From a virus (Duplodnaviria; Caudoviricetes): a stretch of DNA of 55,833 bases. Positions 37,292-46,817 of this stretch are shown here, piece after piece; within the stretch, counting starts at the first letter, position 1; every line of letters starts with the position of its first letter. The notes beneath the pieces are model-generated. The model worked only from the letters and a program-made list of their open reading frames with translations. It was not told where the DNA came from and made no database searches. The stretch is from the IMG/VR virus record IMGVR_UViG_3300021371_000019, positions 1 through 55,833 of that record; one strand, 5' to 3'. A program made the position numbers and the translations under genes.

Positions 37292-39196
37292 TTATGTTAT
37301 GTCTACTATTTCACACACGTCACCAGAGCAAGCCATAGTTTGCATTGCTACAGTGTTATCTTCACTTTCATACGAAGCAAGCTTAGTCCAATCAATAGTA
37401 TCTGGCATACAGGATAACAAAGTTTTATAATCATGCTTGCCTATATCTTGATAGGGTGCTTGCTGATAAGTATGTTCGTTATAAGGTAGGAACGATACAC
37501 CTGACATCTCATCAAAGTGTTTGTAAACAAATGCACCTACTTCAAACCACTCATCCTTTCGGACATTTATTGTAACGCTAGGTTTATGCTCACAAAAATG
37601 TCGTTGATATGCAAGCCATATTTCTAGCTGTTCTATCGCAGTCATATCTTTTGTAACTACAGATCCTTTAGGAGATTGAACAGGAAAGCTAAACACTGTG
37701 GTTTGATCTGGCTTCATAACACAAGGCTCACTAGGTATTCTCTGATCAATCATAAATTGTGTTAGCGGATCTTTATTATCACCACGCACAGTGCGGATAT
37801 AATAGGGGCTATGGCGAGCATGTATGCCAGAGGCACTATCCACCAGTTGCGAAACTGTTCCCGATGGTTTAATGCACGTAATTGCAGCAGCAACAGGTAT
37901 ATTAAGACGGTCAGCCCATTCAGCATTAGTAGATACAGCGATCCCACGAAGATGTTCAAGAGTCTTCTCCAAACCTTTATTCTTTAGTGTCATTAAAGGA
38001 TTGTCCATTATCCCTGTGAGTGACACACCAAGCAGTCGTTCTTCTTCTGTATTTCTAGACCACACTTTTCGCAGATAGGGGAACTTTGTGTATGTAGACT
38101 GTATGGTTCCCAAAATAGTTGCCATACGGACTTTTCGTTCCAGATCTTTGAGACTATCTGTGGCACGGATAACAACTTCTGTAAGATTACAGAACTGATT
38201 AGGACGCAAGATGATTTCACTGCATGGGTTAGTTCCAAACTCGTAGTTAGGATCACGCCTACCATTTTTTTCAGCTTGCTTCTTACTTGCTTGACGATTG
38301 AATACACCACGTTCTCCACTCCCTGATTCTACTAATGCCATCCACTCTCTCATGAATGAAACAGCATCTGGTTTTTCTGTATAACTAACACTGTTATTAG
38401 CTAAGGCACGTTGTGGATCATTCTCCCACCATGCACCTGACTTAGCGTGACGCATCCGATCATCTGACAAGTTAGACAAACTGATCATAGCTGATCTACG
38501 TACACCACCTACTACAACTACCTCACCAATCTTACACATGATGTCGTGACACTCGATGCTAGATAACTTACGGTGTTGTGCATTCTTAAATGTAGTGATA
38601 ACAAAGTTGAATAACTCAATAAGAGGTGCTGGCCCAGAGGCTCGACCACCAAAGGTCTTAAGCTTTGCACCTGCAGGACGTACCAAACTTACATCCCACT
38701 TAGGGATTTCACCAGCCCAGAGGAGAGCAAGAACTTGACGAAGAGCTTTAGCCCAACCTTCCTTACTGTCTTTGACTACGACAGTAGTGTCACTACTAAA
38801 CAACTCCGGGATCTCAGGGAGCTTACTAATGAACTGCCTTTCAACACTGAAGCCGACACCAGTACCACACAAGAGGATAAACATAGCCTCATCGAAGGAC
38901 TTAGGGTCATCTACGGGTAGGTAGCTGCAGTTGTACATACAAGTATTGTCACGATCAGCAGCAGGACCAGCAGTCATCATGGCTCGCATAGAGGGCATAA
39001 CCTCTAAACCAAAAATAGATTGAGATATTTCGTGTACAGTCTCTGTATCCACTTCAGGTAATTTACTCACGACATTTTCTATATACCGTTGTACTGTTTC
39101 GCCCCAAGACTCTCGTCGCCCTTCGTCTTCAAGCCATCGTGCATACCGTGAAGTATGAATGAAGGATTGATAGTCTGTTGGTAAGTAGTTATTCAT
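37292..39196 (-). CDS. nrdJ: Class II adenosylcobalamin-dependent ribonucleotide reductase
   Basis: YNC, GTNPCSEI, CNLTE, TCIKPSGT, C-terminal CSGDVC; no beta-subunit gene in the genome. Confidence 0.9.
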   Translation of the reverse strand: MNNYLPTDYQSFIHTSRYARWLEDEGRRESWGETVQRYIENVVSKLPEVDTETVHEISQSIFGLEVMPSMRAMMTAGPAADRDNTCMYNCSYLPVDDPKSFDEAMFILLCGTGVGFSVERQFISKLPEIPELFSSDTTVVVKDSKEGWAKALRQVLALLWAGEIPKWDVSLVRPAGAKLKTFGGRASGPAPLIELFNFVITTFKNAQHRKLSSIECHDIMCKIGEVVVVGGVRRSAMISLSNLSDDRMRHAKSGAWWENDPQRALANNSVSYTEKPDAVSFMREWMALVESGSGERGVFNRQASKKQAEKNGRRDPNYEFGTNPCSEIILRPNQFCNLTEVVIRATDSLKDLERKVRMATILGTIQSTYTKFPYLRKVWSRNTEEERLLGVSLTGIMDNPLMTLKNKGLEKTLEHLRGIAVSTNAEWADRLNIPVAAAITCIKPSGTVSQLVDSASGIHARHSPYYIRTVRGDNKDPLTQFMIDQRIPSEPCVMKPDQTTVFSFPVQSPKGSVVTKDMTAIEQLEIWLAYQRHFCEHKPSVTINVRKDEWFEVGAFVYKHFDEMSGVSFLPYNEHTYQQAPYQDIGKHDYKTLLSCMPDTIDWTKLASYESEDNTVAMQTMACSGDVCEIVDIT

Positions 39197-39588
39197 CTAT
39201 TATCTCCGCTTCCCTTTAGTACACCACGTTGCTCTCTGTCATCTAGCTTTGCCATGTTCATCTCCATAACCTTACGCAGATTACCACCGAAGATGTTTGC
39301 CAAAGCTACTGTGTAGAACAACACATCACCTAACTCTTTTAATATATCTTCATCACTAAATCTATTCTTGTCACGAAAGAGTTTCTTTATCTTTTCAGAT
39401 ACCTCACCCGCTTCGCCAGCAAGACCGAGGGTATTTTCTATAAGACGATCACGCCCTTTAGTTAATATCTTATCCTCTACAAACTGGCTATAGAAACGTA
39501 CAGGATCTTTCTCATAGTCTGGACTGTTTTGAAACATATCAAAATATCCAAACGCTTCTAGATCACTTCGATTGATCATCCTTATCAC
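39193..39588 (-). CDS. mazG: MazG-like nucleotide pyrophosphohydrolase
   Basis: LGLAGEAGEV.EK.KK, ELGDVL.Y and N..KL..R...G...GSGDNR. Confidence 0.9.
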   Translation of the reverse strand: MIRMINRSDLEAFGYFDMFQNSPDYEKDPVRFYSQFVEDKILTKGRDRLIENTLGLAGEAGEVSEKIKKLFRDKNRFSDEDILKELGDVLFYTVALANIFGGNLRKVMEMNMAKLDDREQRGVLKGSGDNR

Positions 39589-39602
39589 CTTCTAATGTTA
39601 GT

Positions 39603-39767
39603 CTAGTCATCTGTTTTTACTTCACAGTTTGTTACAACTATATCATCTAAGTCATATAATATTCCCTGTATAAGTTCTTGGATTACGTTCAAGTTAAATC
39701 TGGGGTCTGATTCAAAAAAGTTTGCCGCTGGATCTACATCAATATTTAAAGTGACCTCATACTTCAT
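39603..39767 (-). CDS. 54-aa acidic hypothetical protein (not in ORF track)
   Basis: AGGAG RBS; MKYEVTLNIDVDPAANFFES... Confidence 0.7.
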   Translation of the reverse strand: MKYEVTLNIDVDPAANFFESDPRFNLNVIQELIQGILYDLDDIVVTNCEVKTDD

Positions 39768-39779
39768 GGTGGAAACTCC

Positions 39780-39809
39780 TAGTTATACTCAACAAACATG
39801 TCATGTCAA
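39780..39809 (-). promoter_or_regulatory. Promoter TTGACA-N16-TATAAC(TA) for nucleotide-metabolism genes
   Basis: Same architecture as the promoters at 12386 and 54186. Confidence 0.75.
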
Positions 39810-40045
39810 TCACCATATTCAATCTCAATAGGTTCAATGTTCTTTTGAAAGTACTTTATCATTTCGTATGCCTCGTTAAAACTATCAAAAAAATACTCTA
39901 TAGATTCTATCTTGCCATCTACTTCTATTTTACATAGATTAAAATGCACATCTTCTGCGTCAGGAATGTCACAAGGATATGGCCCTGATATTACATCCCA
40001 AATTTTTACAGTCTTATCTTTTATGTCACTGTTTGTCATTGTCAC
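39806..40045 (-). CDS. Hypothetical protein
   Basis: 79-aa ORF in operon. Confidence 0.65.
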   Translation of the reverse strand: MTMTNSDIKDKTVKIWDVISGPYPCDIPDAEDVHFNLCKIEVDGKIESIEYFFDSFNEAYEMIKYFQKNIEPIEIEYGD

Positions 40046-40376
40046 CTCTGAGCAATTGTATGTAATGATCTAGCTCTGTTATAACTAACCACTTCTGTCT
40101 GTCACTTCGATAGAAAACAACAGGTGGATTCTTTGTGTGATTGTCGGCTTGTTTCATCCAGTCATACGCAGTTTTTAAACCTGATTTCCTACGTTTAACT
40201 TCTATTGATATAGGTATCAACTTACGTGCTGCAGGTGATAGTTGTATATCTGCACCAGTGTCACCCATAACAGTAGACTTAACATCATCAGGCTCAAGCT
40301 CAGGGAAAGCTTCTAGTAAAGCATCCCTGATCTCTTGCTGGCCTAACCTGCCTTTCTGTTTACCCTGCTTACTCAA
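40026..40376 (-). CDS. Holliday junction resolvase-like PD-(D/E)xK endonuclease
   Basis: K.KGR..Q, G.DI and IEVK motifs. Confidence 0.75.
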   Translation of the reverse strand: MSKQGKQKGRLGQQEIRDALLEAFPELEPDDVKSTVMGDTGADIQLSPAARKLIPISIEVKRRKSGLKTAYDWMKQADNHTKNPPVVFYRSDRQKWLVITELDHYIQLLRGDNDKQ

Positions 40377-41227
40377 TCTATTAACTCAGGTACTTTAGGT
40401 TTCTTAACCACATCAATTAAATACTCCTTACGTCCACCAGCATATTGAAATACCCTTGCTTCAGGCCAGCAGATCTTTCTGTATTCACAACCTGAACAAG
40501 CAAATGTAAGCTTAGTATTTTCAGATGTGTCTGACTGTGGTACAGGTGCAATACGTTCTTCTGGTAACTCACCTGACACAACCTCTTTTACTTTCTTAAC
40601 CTCTTGCTCTTTATTTTTTAACTCCTCAGTAAAGTCGTAAGTATCTAAACAAAGTTCAAAGGTATCTTTCTGTACGACAAGAAAAGCACCACGTTTTTTA
40701 TCTGTTACAAGTGGATCATCCTTACCTGCGTAAACGTATGAACTTAATTGACTGATGTAACCATATGGATCGTCATCACGTAACACATGGTTCTTAAACT
40801 TCTGCATTCCATATCGTGATGCAGACTTAACATCTATTGTTACACCGTCAATGACTGCATCTCTGTGACCTTTAATGCCATGAACAGAGAGTCTGTCCTG
40901 CTCTCCCTGTACATCATGCCCTGCTGCCCTTGCTAGGGCAAGGACAAGAGTTTCTAAAAGATCCCCGTAAAAGAAAAGACCCAGTAACTGGGGCTTTAAT
41001 GGTGCAGCTTCCTCTGTTTTATTTATTCTATACCAAGTCTTTCTTTTACAGGGTGAACCCACAGAGGATAAACTTAAATATCCTCTGGGCTTCTGAGGTT
41101 CCTTAAACCTATCGTGTGCAACGTCAGCTATATTACGTGCTAAGTATTCCGTAATTGTTCTATCCCACCCACCCTTTCCTTCAATTACAGAATAAATATC
41201 TTCGACTAATGTATCTATCTTAGGCAT
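40373..41227 (-). CDS. PD-(D/E)xK exonuclease (Cas4/lambda-exonuclease-like)
   Basis: LS.VG.PC.RK.W, GH.D..IDG..IDVKS, Y..QL..Y, C..C.Y...C. Confidence 0.85.
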   Translation of the reverse strand: MPKIDTLVEDIYSVIEGKGGWDRTITEYLARNIADVAHDRFKEPQKPRGYLSLSSVGSPCKRKTWYRINKTEEAAPLKPQLLGLFFYGDLLETLVLALARAAGHDVQGEQDRLSVHGIKGHRDAVIDGVTIDVKSASRYGMQKFKNHVLRDDDPYGYISQLSSYVYAGKDDPLVTDKKRGAFLVVQKDTFELCLDTYDFTEELKNKEQEVKKVKEVVSGELPEERIAPVPQSDTSENTKLTFACSGCEYRKICWPEARVFQYAGGRKEYLIDVVKKPKVPELID

Positions 41228-41237
41228 AAGCTACTCC

Positions 41238-41777
41238 TTAAAACGGGATTTCTTCTGACACAAGTTCAGCTTGTGGTGCTGCTGATGCAGCTACACTGCC
41301 TGATGTTACATCCTTAGTAAAAGGATCAGGCCCAGAGCTACCACCTGCACCATCATATGATACATGTTTCATAACCTTAACACGTTCAAGTCGTGTAGTT
41401 ACAGTGCTATACTGCTTGTTCTTGTAGATGTCTAACTCTACTAGAACCTCTGAACCATTACCAATTGGTCCATCAGATTCAAAGCTCCACTCTGAACCAT
41501 CTGGTTTATACACTGTAGGTGCTCCACCATCCCAATCGTTGGGGGTTTCAAACTTACGTGTAAACTTAAAAGCACGTCCTCGTCCTTCTGGATCATCCTT
41601 ACCTGATGACATACATCCAGACGCTTTGACACGGGCGGTGTTGTCTTCATCAAGAATCATCTCAATAGTACAACGTCCGTTAGTGTCTTGCCACTGACCC
41701 TGATACCCATCAAGGTCACGGTTTTCTTCAAATACTTTTGCCCACTGAGCAATACCTGTTACTGTTATTTTAGCCAT
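41238..41777 (-). CDS. Single-stranded DNA-binding protein (T7 gp2.5-like)
   Basis: G.A.WAK, IGNGS.V motif, acidic tail ending EEIPF. Confidence 0.8.
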   Translation of the reverse strand: MAKITVTGIAQWAKVFEENRDLDGYQGQWQDTNGRCTIEMILDEDNTARVKASGCMSSGKDDPEGRGRAFKFTRKFETPNDWDGGAPTVYKPDGSEWSFESDGPIGNGSEVLVELDIYKNKQYSTVTTRLERVKVMKHVSYDGAGGSSGPDPFTKDVTSGSVAASAAPQAELVSEEIPF

Positions 41778-41806
41778 TTGCTAACTCCTTTAAAGACTAG
41801 AATTGA

Positions 41807-41836
41807 ATTGTAGCATGTGTTGAAAAGTACATGCAA
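41807..41836 (-). promoter_or_regulatory. Possible promoter TTGCAT-N18-TACAAT with TGn extension, upstream of SSB
   Basis: In the 66-bp gap between pol and ssb. Confidence 0.5.
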
Positions 41837-41843
41837 GAACTTT

Positions 41844-43673
41844 TTAATGTATTTCGGAATATTTATTTCCGAACTGTACATCAATACCTAGATCAACATT
41901 AAGATTTAACTCCTTGTTTAATTTATTAATAGCATTAACAAGCCTACGTTGGTGATGTTCTTCATGCCCTTTCTTAACAAGATTAATTGATTCATCATGG
42001 AACTGACCTACAATATTGGGTCTTGCTATACGATAGTAAGCTACCCACTTATCAAAACAGTAAGCACCTGTAGATTGGTTGAGTGTAGAGAATATATCTT
42101 TCTCATATCTAAGAGTATGCCAGAACTTGCTGACAGGATTCTGTACCCACATTTGCCCATTAATACGTTTTACTTTCTTCAAGTTATCTAAAGCAAACTC
42201 TGCGACAGACCAGTTACGTTTCCAATACGCATCTAAAAGTTTTCTAGCTTCTGCCTCTGTCATACCAGTTTCTCTGGATAATTTTGCAGCGCCGACACCA
42301 TAAGTAGCTGAGTAATTAACAACCTTATAGTTCTTTCGTAGTGACTTCAAACTAACCTGACCTGAGTTGTGTTTATCTATATCAGCCTGTGTTACCGCAC
42401 CAGCATGTTTGGCTAAGTCTAAGTGTGGATCAAACCCATCCTTTGACATCTCTTCCACATACTTAGGATCGTAAGGTTTCATATAGTGCCGTTTAGTTGT
42501 GTCTTCAAGTGATGTCATATCAGCACCACATAATACATAACCTTCTGGTGCTACAAGACAACCACGTATTTCTTTACCCCAAGGTTTATCTATACCCGGA
42601 AGATTTACTAGAGGCTTTCTGTGTTTGAATCTTAGTGTATTAGTAAGACCATCAATCTCTGCCTTAACGTAACCATTAACTTCACAATCAAGCATACCTT
42701 CAAAGATACCTAGTCTGTGCTGAATGACTGTAAGCCCATCAAGTACATTGACCGTAGGGTTGGCATCAATCAACAACTTAACTGAGTTAGTAAGCTCACC
42801 ATTCTTTCGTACTTGTGGGATCTTACGATCTTCAACAAACTTAAATGTACAGGGCTTCCAACCTAGATCAAACAGCCATGCTTTTACTTGGTCACTCGAC
42901 TTAGGGTTAGGCTCTTCAACTCCTTTTACTATTTCTATTTCACCGATATAGTTAGAGGGATGCATATGCTCTAGAAGTAAAGCATTCCATTCAGCACCCT
43001 GCTTAGACAGTGATCCATCTTTCTTGTGCATTACTTTTGGCTTTGACTTTTTTCTAAACAAAGTACGCATTGGCATTACTGTTTTTAATTCAGTAATCTT
43101 TTCGTCCTGTTCAGCTTTTAGTTTAGCTACACAATCTTTAGCAAGATTAATGTCAAGCTTCCAACCACTTTCTTCTGCAGCATAAGCACATTTCATTTTG
43201 AATGTAAGGTATTGCAAGAACCTGTCTAGATTAGATTTGTCTTTATAAACCATCATAAATCTTTGAGTAAGATTTTCCCAGAGTCTTTTAGTTATCTTAA
43301 CATCTTCTTGACACCTATGCTGATACTCTTCTTGAGATAGGTTTACCCAATCAGTTATCTCAGGTTTAGGTACACCAAAGTCTTCACCAAAAGACTCAAG
43401 CCCATGCTTGGGTCTATCAGTATTAATTACCCATGACATAGGTAATGTATCATACAACTTAGCTTTAATCTTAATACCTAAGATTTTTTCTAGTAATGGT
43501 ACATCATAACGTACAATGTTATGACCTATCAAAACTTTTTGATTAAGTAGTGTGTTTCTCATTGCATCGTAGTCACTTGTCGAACACATAGGTAAGCCAT
43601 CCTTAGTGAACGACATACAGTGTATCTTAGTGGCCTCATCCAAGAGGCCATCAGCTTCTACATCAAATATCAT
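41844..43673 (-). CDS. polA: DNA polymerase family A with 3'-5' exonuclease
   Basis: ExoI FDVE, ExoII GHNI..YD, ExoIII C..DV; motif A D..SLE, motif B R...K..NY...YG, motif C HDE. Confidence 0.95.
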   Translation of the reverse strand: MIFDVEADGLLDEATKIHCMSFTKDGLPMCSTSDYDAMRNTLLNQKVLIGHNIVRYDVPLLEKILGIKIKAKLYDTLPMSWVINTDRPKHGLESFGEDFGVPKPEITDWVNLSQEEYQHRCQEDVKITKRLWENLTQRFMMVYKDKSNLDRFLQYLTFKMKCAYAAEESGWKLDINLAKDCVAKLKAEQDEKITELKTVMPMRTLFRKKSKPKVMHKKDGSLSKQGAEWNALLLEHMHPSNYIGEIEIVKGVEEPNPKSSDQVKAWLFDLGWKPCTFKFVEDRKIPQVRKNGELTNSVKLLIDANPTVNVLDGLTVIQHRLGIFEGMLDCEVNGYVKAEIDGLTNTLRFKHRKPLVNLPGIDKPWGKEIRGCLVAPEGYVLCGADMTSLEDTTKRHYMKPYDPKYVEEMSKDGFDPHLDLAKHAGAVTQADIDKHNSGQVSLKSLRKNYKVVNYSATYGVGAAKLSRETGMTEAEARKLLDAYWKRNWSVAEFALDNLKKVKRINGQMWVQNPVSKFWHTLRYEKDIFSTLNQSTGAYCFDKWVAYYRIARPNIVGQFHDESINLVKKGHEEHHQRRLVNAINKLNKELNLNVDLGIDVQFGNKYSEIH

Positions 43674-45271
43674 TATGCCACCTGTGATTCTTGTGTGAAC
43701 AAATCCTCTCTTAGTATGGTTGTTGTTGGATCATAGTACACTGATCCTGCCCTACCTAACTTAGCAAAAGGTCTGTTCTTATCTACGATAAAGGTTGTTG
43801 TGTTCTGTTCTACTTCGTCCTCACTTTCTGCTGTACGTTCTAGCTTGATACATATGATTGCCTCTTCCTCAAGTGAAGCAGCATACTTGGTGCGTCCATC
43901 ATCATTAACCTGAGAGATAAATATAACACCAATGTTTAGCTCCTTAGCTAACTGAGCCATACGTGAACCTAGTGTAGTGAGTGTACTAGTAGCACCATCT
44001 ACACCCGAATTAGACAGGTAGGCCAAGCGTTGTACATGGTCAATGAATATATAGCCAGCACCATAGACTGTAACAGCTAGACGTACATAGTCGAGTAGCT
44101 TGAGTGGATCATCGTGTGACATCATTTCAAAGATGATTGTATTTTCACCCTTGGTTGCAATCTTAGCTGCCTCAATAACGTTCTGTTCTGACACGTTGTT
44201 ATTAGCAGCATCTTCTTTAGTCCTAACGTTTATACCCAGATGGTATGTAGCCATAGCACGATAAGTGGTAGACTTCATTTCTTCCATGTGTAGCATAGCT
44301 ACTGATGTATCACCATTGTTAAGTAAGCCTGTTTCAAAGTACCTAATCACCTCAGTCTTACCAGTACCACGAGGGGCTTTGATGAATGTCAATCCACCCT
44401 TAACCATACCACGAATCTTTTCATCCAAACCAGTGTGACCTGTTGGTACATACTCATATGGATTCTCGTTCTTAATAGCTGCTTCTACATCAGCATCAGA
44501 ACAAAAGAAGTTCTCTGGTGTGTACCTTTGTGGTGATCTTGCTGCCCACATAAGCTTCTCATGCTTGCCTGTTTCAAGGAACTCATTAGCGTCCTTGCAC
44601 TCTGTCATAGGCACATAGTAAAACTTCTCAGGAAATGCCTGATACAATTTATCAGCGGCCCTACGTCCAGCATCATCAAGCTCACCTGCATACACAATCT
44701 CTTTGAATGAAGATAAGTATTTTAGATTGTGCTTGATAAACTTTTCACCAATAGATGCAGAAGGTAAAGACTTTACAGGAAATGTCTTGCCAAGAATCTG
44801 ATACAAGCTGGCTGCATCGAACTCACCTTCTGTAAGGTAGATGCGTTTACCTGTACCAGCATTGAACTCAGGGCCAAACAGGTGGTTCATACCTAATCCA
44901 CGATCTTTGACCCATGACTTTGATTTGTCATTACACATACGATATTTAATAGTGTGTGGGTACTTGTATGCATACCGCACATCCTCACCATTCGGGCCTG
45001 TCTGAATTTGTATGCCATAAAGTTTGCATACATCAGCATCAATACCTCTGATGCCATCATACTTAACACCAGTGACTTGTATGTTTTGTGGTTGGATACG
45101 TTCTTTCAAGGGGTACTCCTGTTTAACCCAGTCAAAAGTTGCTGGCATGTTTTTCATAGGGTATGCCCTGCTGCATGAATGACAATGACCGTAGCCATCA
45201 TCGTTCCAGTTGAATGCATCTGAAGAACTACAGTCTTCATAAGGGCATGGTGAATGTGGATTATCTGACAT
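43673..45271 (-). CDS. Primase-helicase (T7 gp4-like)
   Basis: Zn finger CP...C/CHSC, TOPRIM EGEFDA and D.AG, KDANE, Walker A APRGTGKT, FIDH, KNR. Confidence 0.93.
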   Translation of the reverse strand: MSDNPHSPCPYEDCSSSDAFNWNDDGYGHCHSCSRAYPMKNMPATFDWVKQEYPLKERIQPQNIQVTGVKYDGIRGIDADVCKLYGIQIQTGPNGEDVRYAYKYPHTIKYRMCNDKSKSWVKDRGLGMNHLFGPEFNAGTGKRIYLTEGEFDAASLYQILGKTFPVKSLPSASIGEKFIKHNLKYLSSFKEIVYAGELDDAGRRAADKLYQAFPEKFYYVPMTECKDANEFLETGKHEKLMWAARSPQRYTPENFFCSDADVEAAIKNENPYEYVPTGHTGLDEKIRGMVKGGLTFIKAPRGTGKTEVIRYFETGLLNNGDTSVAMLHMEEMKSTTYRAMATYHLGINVRTKEDAANNNVSEQNVIEAAKIATKGENTIIFEMMSHDDPLKLLDYVRLAVTVYGAGYIFIDHVQRLAYLSNSGVDGATSTLTTLGSRMAQLAKELNIGVIFISQVNDDGRTKYAASLEEEAIICIKLERTAESEDEVEQNTTTFIVDKNRPFAKLGRAGSVYYDPTTTILREDLFTQESQVA

Positions 45272-45401
45272 TTGTTTTTCCTTTGATAAAGGTTTTTATA
45301 ATTCTAAAACCGAAGTATAGCAGCCAAAGAGGAATGAATGCAAGACTACCTACGACAACGGATAAAGAAATTATGTACGGTATGTACTCACTTAGTAACA
45401 A
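45261..45401 (-). CDS. Possible 46-aa single-TM protein (not in ORF track)
   Basis: TTG start after AAGGA; ..YIPYIISLSVVVGSLAFIPLWLLYFGFRIIK..; fills gap. Confidence 0.5.
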   Translation of the reverse strand: MLLSEYIPYIISLSVVVGSLAFIPLWLLYFGFRIIKTFIKGKTNVR

Positions 45402-45645
45402 ACGTTCTATTCCTTTGAGTAGATCTAGTACGTTCTTCCTTAGTCATGGGCCTTATGTATCGTTTGTAATCTACAACAATACCTGTGTTCCATCTTGTTA
45501 ATTCATCCTCCGCTTCTGCTCTTGTTTCAAATAAAAGAACTTCTGAATCATAAGTCCAAGGGTTTTCTTTTCGTACTAAAGTGTACTCACCATTTTCTAT
45601 CTCAATCTGAATTGCATATCTACCCATCATTCTATCCCTATACAA
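45388..45645 (-). CDS. Hypothetical protein
   Basis: Operon ORF; true start probably about 45630. Confidence 0.65.
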   Translation of the reverse strand: MYRDRMMGRYAIQIEIENGEYTLVRKENPWTYDSEVLLFETRAEAEDELTRWNTGIVVDYKRYIRPMTKEERTRSTQRNRTFVTK

Positions 45646-45776
45646 GGTAGCAATATCGACAGCTTACAATACTTTGGATAATCATCATACATCATGGCTA
45701 TAAGTACAGGTGGCGCAGCTATCAGTAAAGCTACAATAGCAGACGCCTTGATTGCACCATTGATATTACCTCTCAT
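45627..45776 (-). CDS. Small membrane protein
   Basis: ATG 45776 after AAGGA; one hydrophobic helix. Confidence 0.6.
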   Translation of the reverse strand: MRGNINGAIKASAIVALLIAAPPVLIAMMYDDYPKYCKLSILLPCIGIE

Positions 45777-45990
45777 TATCTTTGACCCTTTCCATTGCTT
45801 GCTCATACTTAAAGAATAACTGCTCAAACTTCCACTGGTACACCTGCTGCATACCCATCAGTGCGTTCATCATCTCGTCATGCGTAGGCTCACGTTCACC
45901 ATCACCTATCTGTTTAAATACTGTCTCAAGATCATTACAGACCTGCCAACAGTCCATTATCATTGGTTCTAAGTTGTATAGTTTATCCAT
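45766..45990 (-). CDS. Hypothetical protein
   Basis: ATG coupled to thyX stop with GGAG RBS (ORF track extends to 46014). Confidence 0.7.
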   Translation of the reverse strand: MDKLYNLEPMIMDCWQVCNDLETVFKQIGDGEREPTHDEMMNALMGMQQVYQWKFEQLFFKYEQAMERVKDNER

Positions 45991-46697
45991 CAATTCTCCC
46001 TCAATGCCATCCATGATACAGGGAACAGCTTAGCCATCTCTGTGTCAATGTGTGCAGCTACAACCTGTGTCTCGTACTGTGTGTCAGGCTTACAGCGTAG
46101 GTTACACATGTCTGCAAATGCATCTAAGCTACCTGACCAGTACCACTCAGTGACCATGCTCTGTGGCAGTACCATACGTGCTTGCTCTGGGCATACATCA
46201 TTGCGTATTAATAAGTCATAAAACTTTAAGTGTTGCTCGTAGCAACCTGTTATACTTTTATGTATGTCGTACCTATCAACTTCAAACTGATCATATTCTT
46301 CCCACCTAGCATCCTCTAGTTCTGTAATTACTTCATCACTAGATCCTTGCTTCTTATCTTTGGCACGTCCACGCCACTCTGTAGGCTGATAAAACTCAGG
46401 CTCATGGTCAACATACCTACGGCTGATTTCATTCCAACGTAGGAACTTATGCTTGACTAGCTGACGTGCCACAAACACAGGTGCTTTAACGTGAAAGCTG
46501 GCAAAGCAATGCCCAAAGGGGCTGATGTGTTTGTGCTTGGCAAGGTAACGTATAAGCTTTGCGTCCTTGTCTTTCAACTTAGGTGGACCCCACACATCAC
46601 TCGTATCCATCTCACTACGTTTACCAAAACTTACTCGTGCTGCATTAGCTACAGATAAGTCTGTACCCATGTGATCTATGTAAAATGTTTGTAACAT
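45990..46697 (-). CDS. thyX: Flavin-dependent thymidylate synthase
   Basis: AARVS, H.SPF, VARQL.KH, NE.SRRY and EQAR.VLP motifs. Confidence 0.95.
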   Translation of the reverse strand: MLQTFYIDHMGTDLSVANAARVSFGKRSEMDTSDVWGPPKLKDKDAKLIRYLAKHKHISPFGHCFASFHVKAPVFVARQLVKHKFLRWNEISRRYVDHEPEFYQPTEWRGRAKDKKQGSSDEVITELEDARWEEYDQFEVDRYDIHKSITGCYEQHLKFYDLLIRNDVCPEQARMVLPQSMVTEWYWSGSLDAFADMCNLRCKPDTQYETQVVAAHIDTEMAKLFPVSWMALREN

Positions 46698-46817
46698 TTA
46701 ATCCTTTCCTTTATGTTTTTCTTTTCGTTTAGGCACAGGTTTTTTCTTATCAGGTATTACCTGTTGCTTATACTTAGGTTGTCTAAGATCTTTAGCCATT
46801 GGGTTAGGTTTTTTCAT
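46698..46817 (-). CDS. 39-aa basic protein with ArfA-like pattern (not in ORF track)
   Basis: MKKPNPMAKDLRQPKYKQQVIPDKKKPVPKRKEKHKGKD; exactly fills the gap between recombinase and thyX. Confidence 0.75.
   Translation of the reverse strand: MKKPNPMAKDLRQPKYKQQVIPDKKKPVPKRKEKHKGKD

Noticed and set aside
40373-41227. Cas4-like nuclease as evidence of a CRISPR system
   Set aside because: It sits between SSB and resolvase in a replication operon, a common setting for stand-alone phage exonucleases
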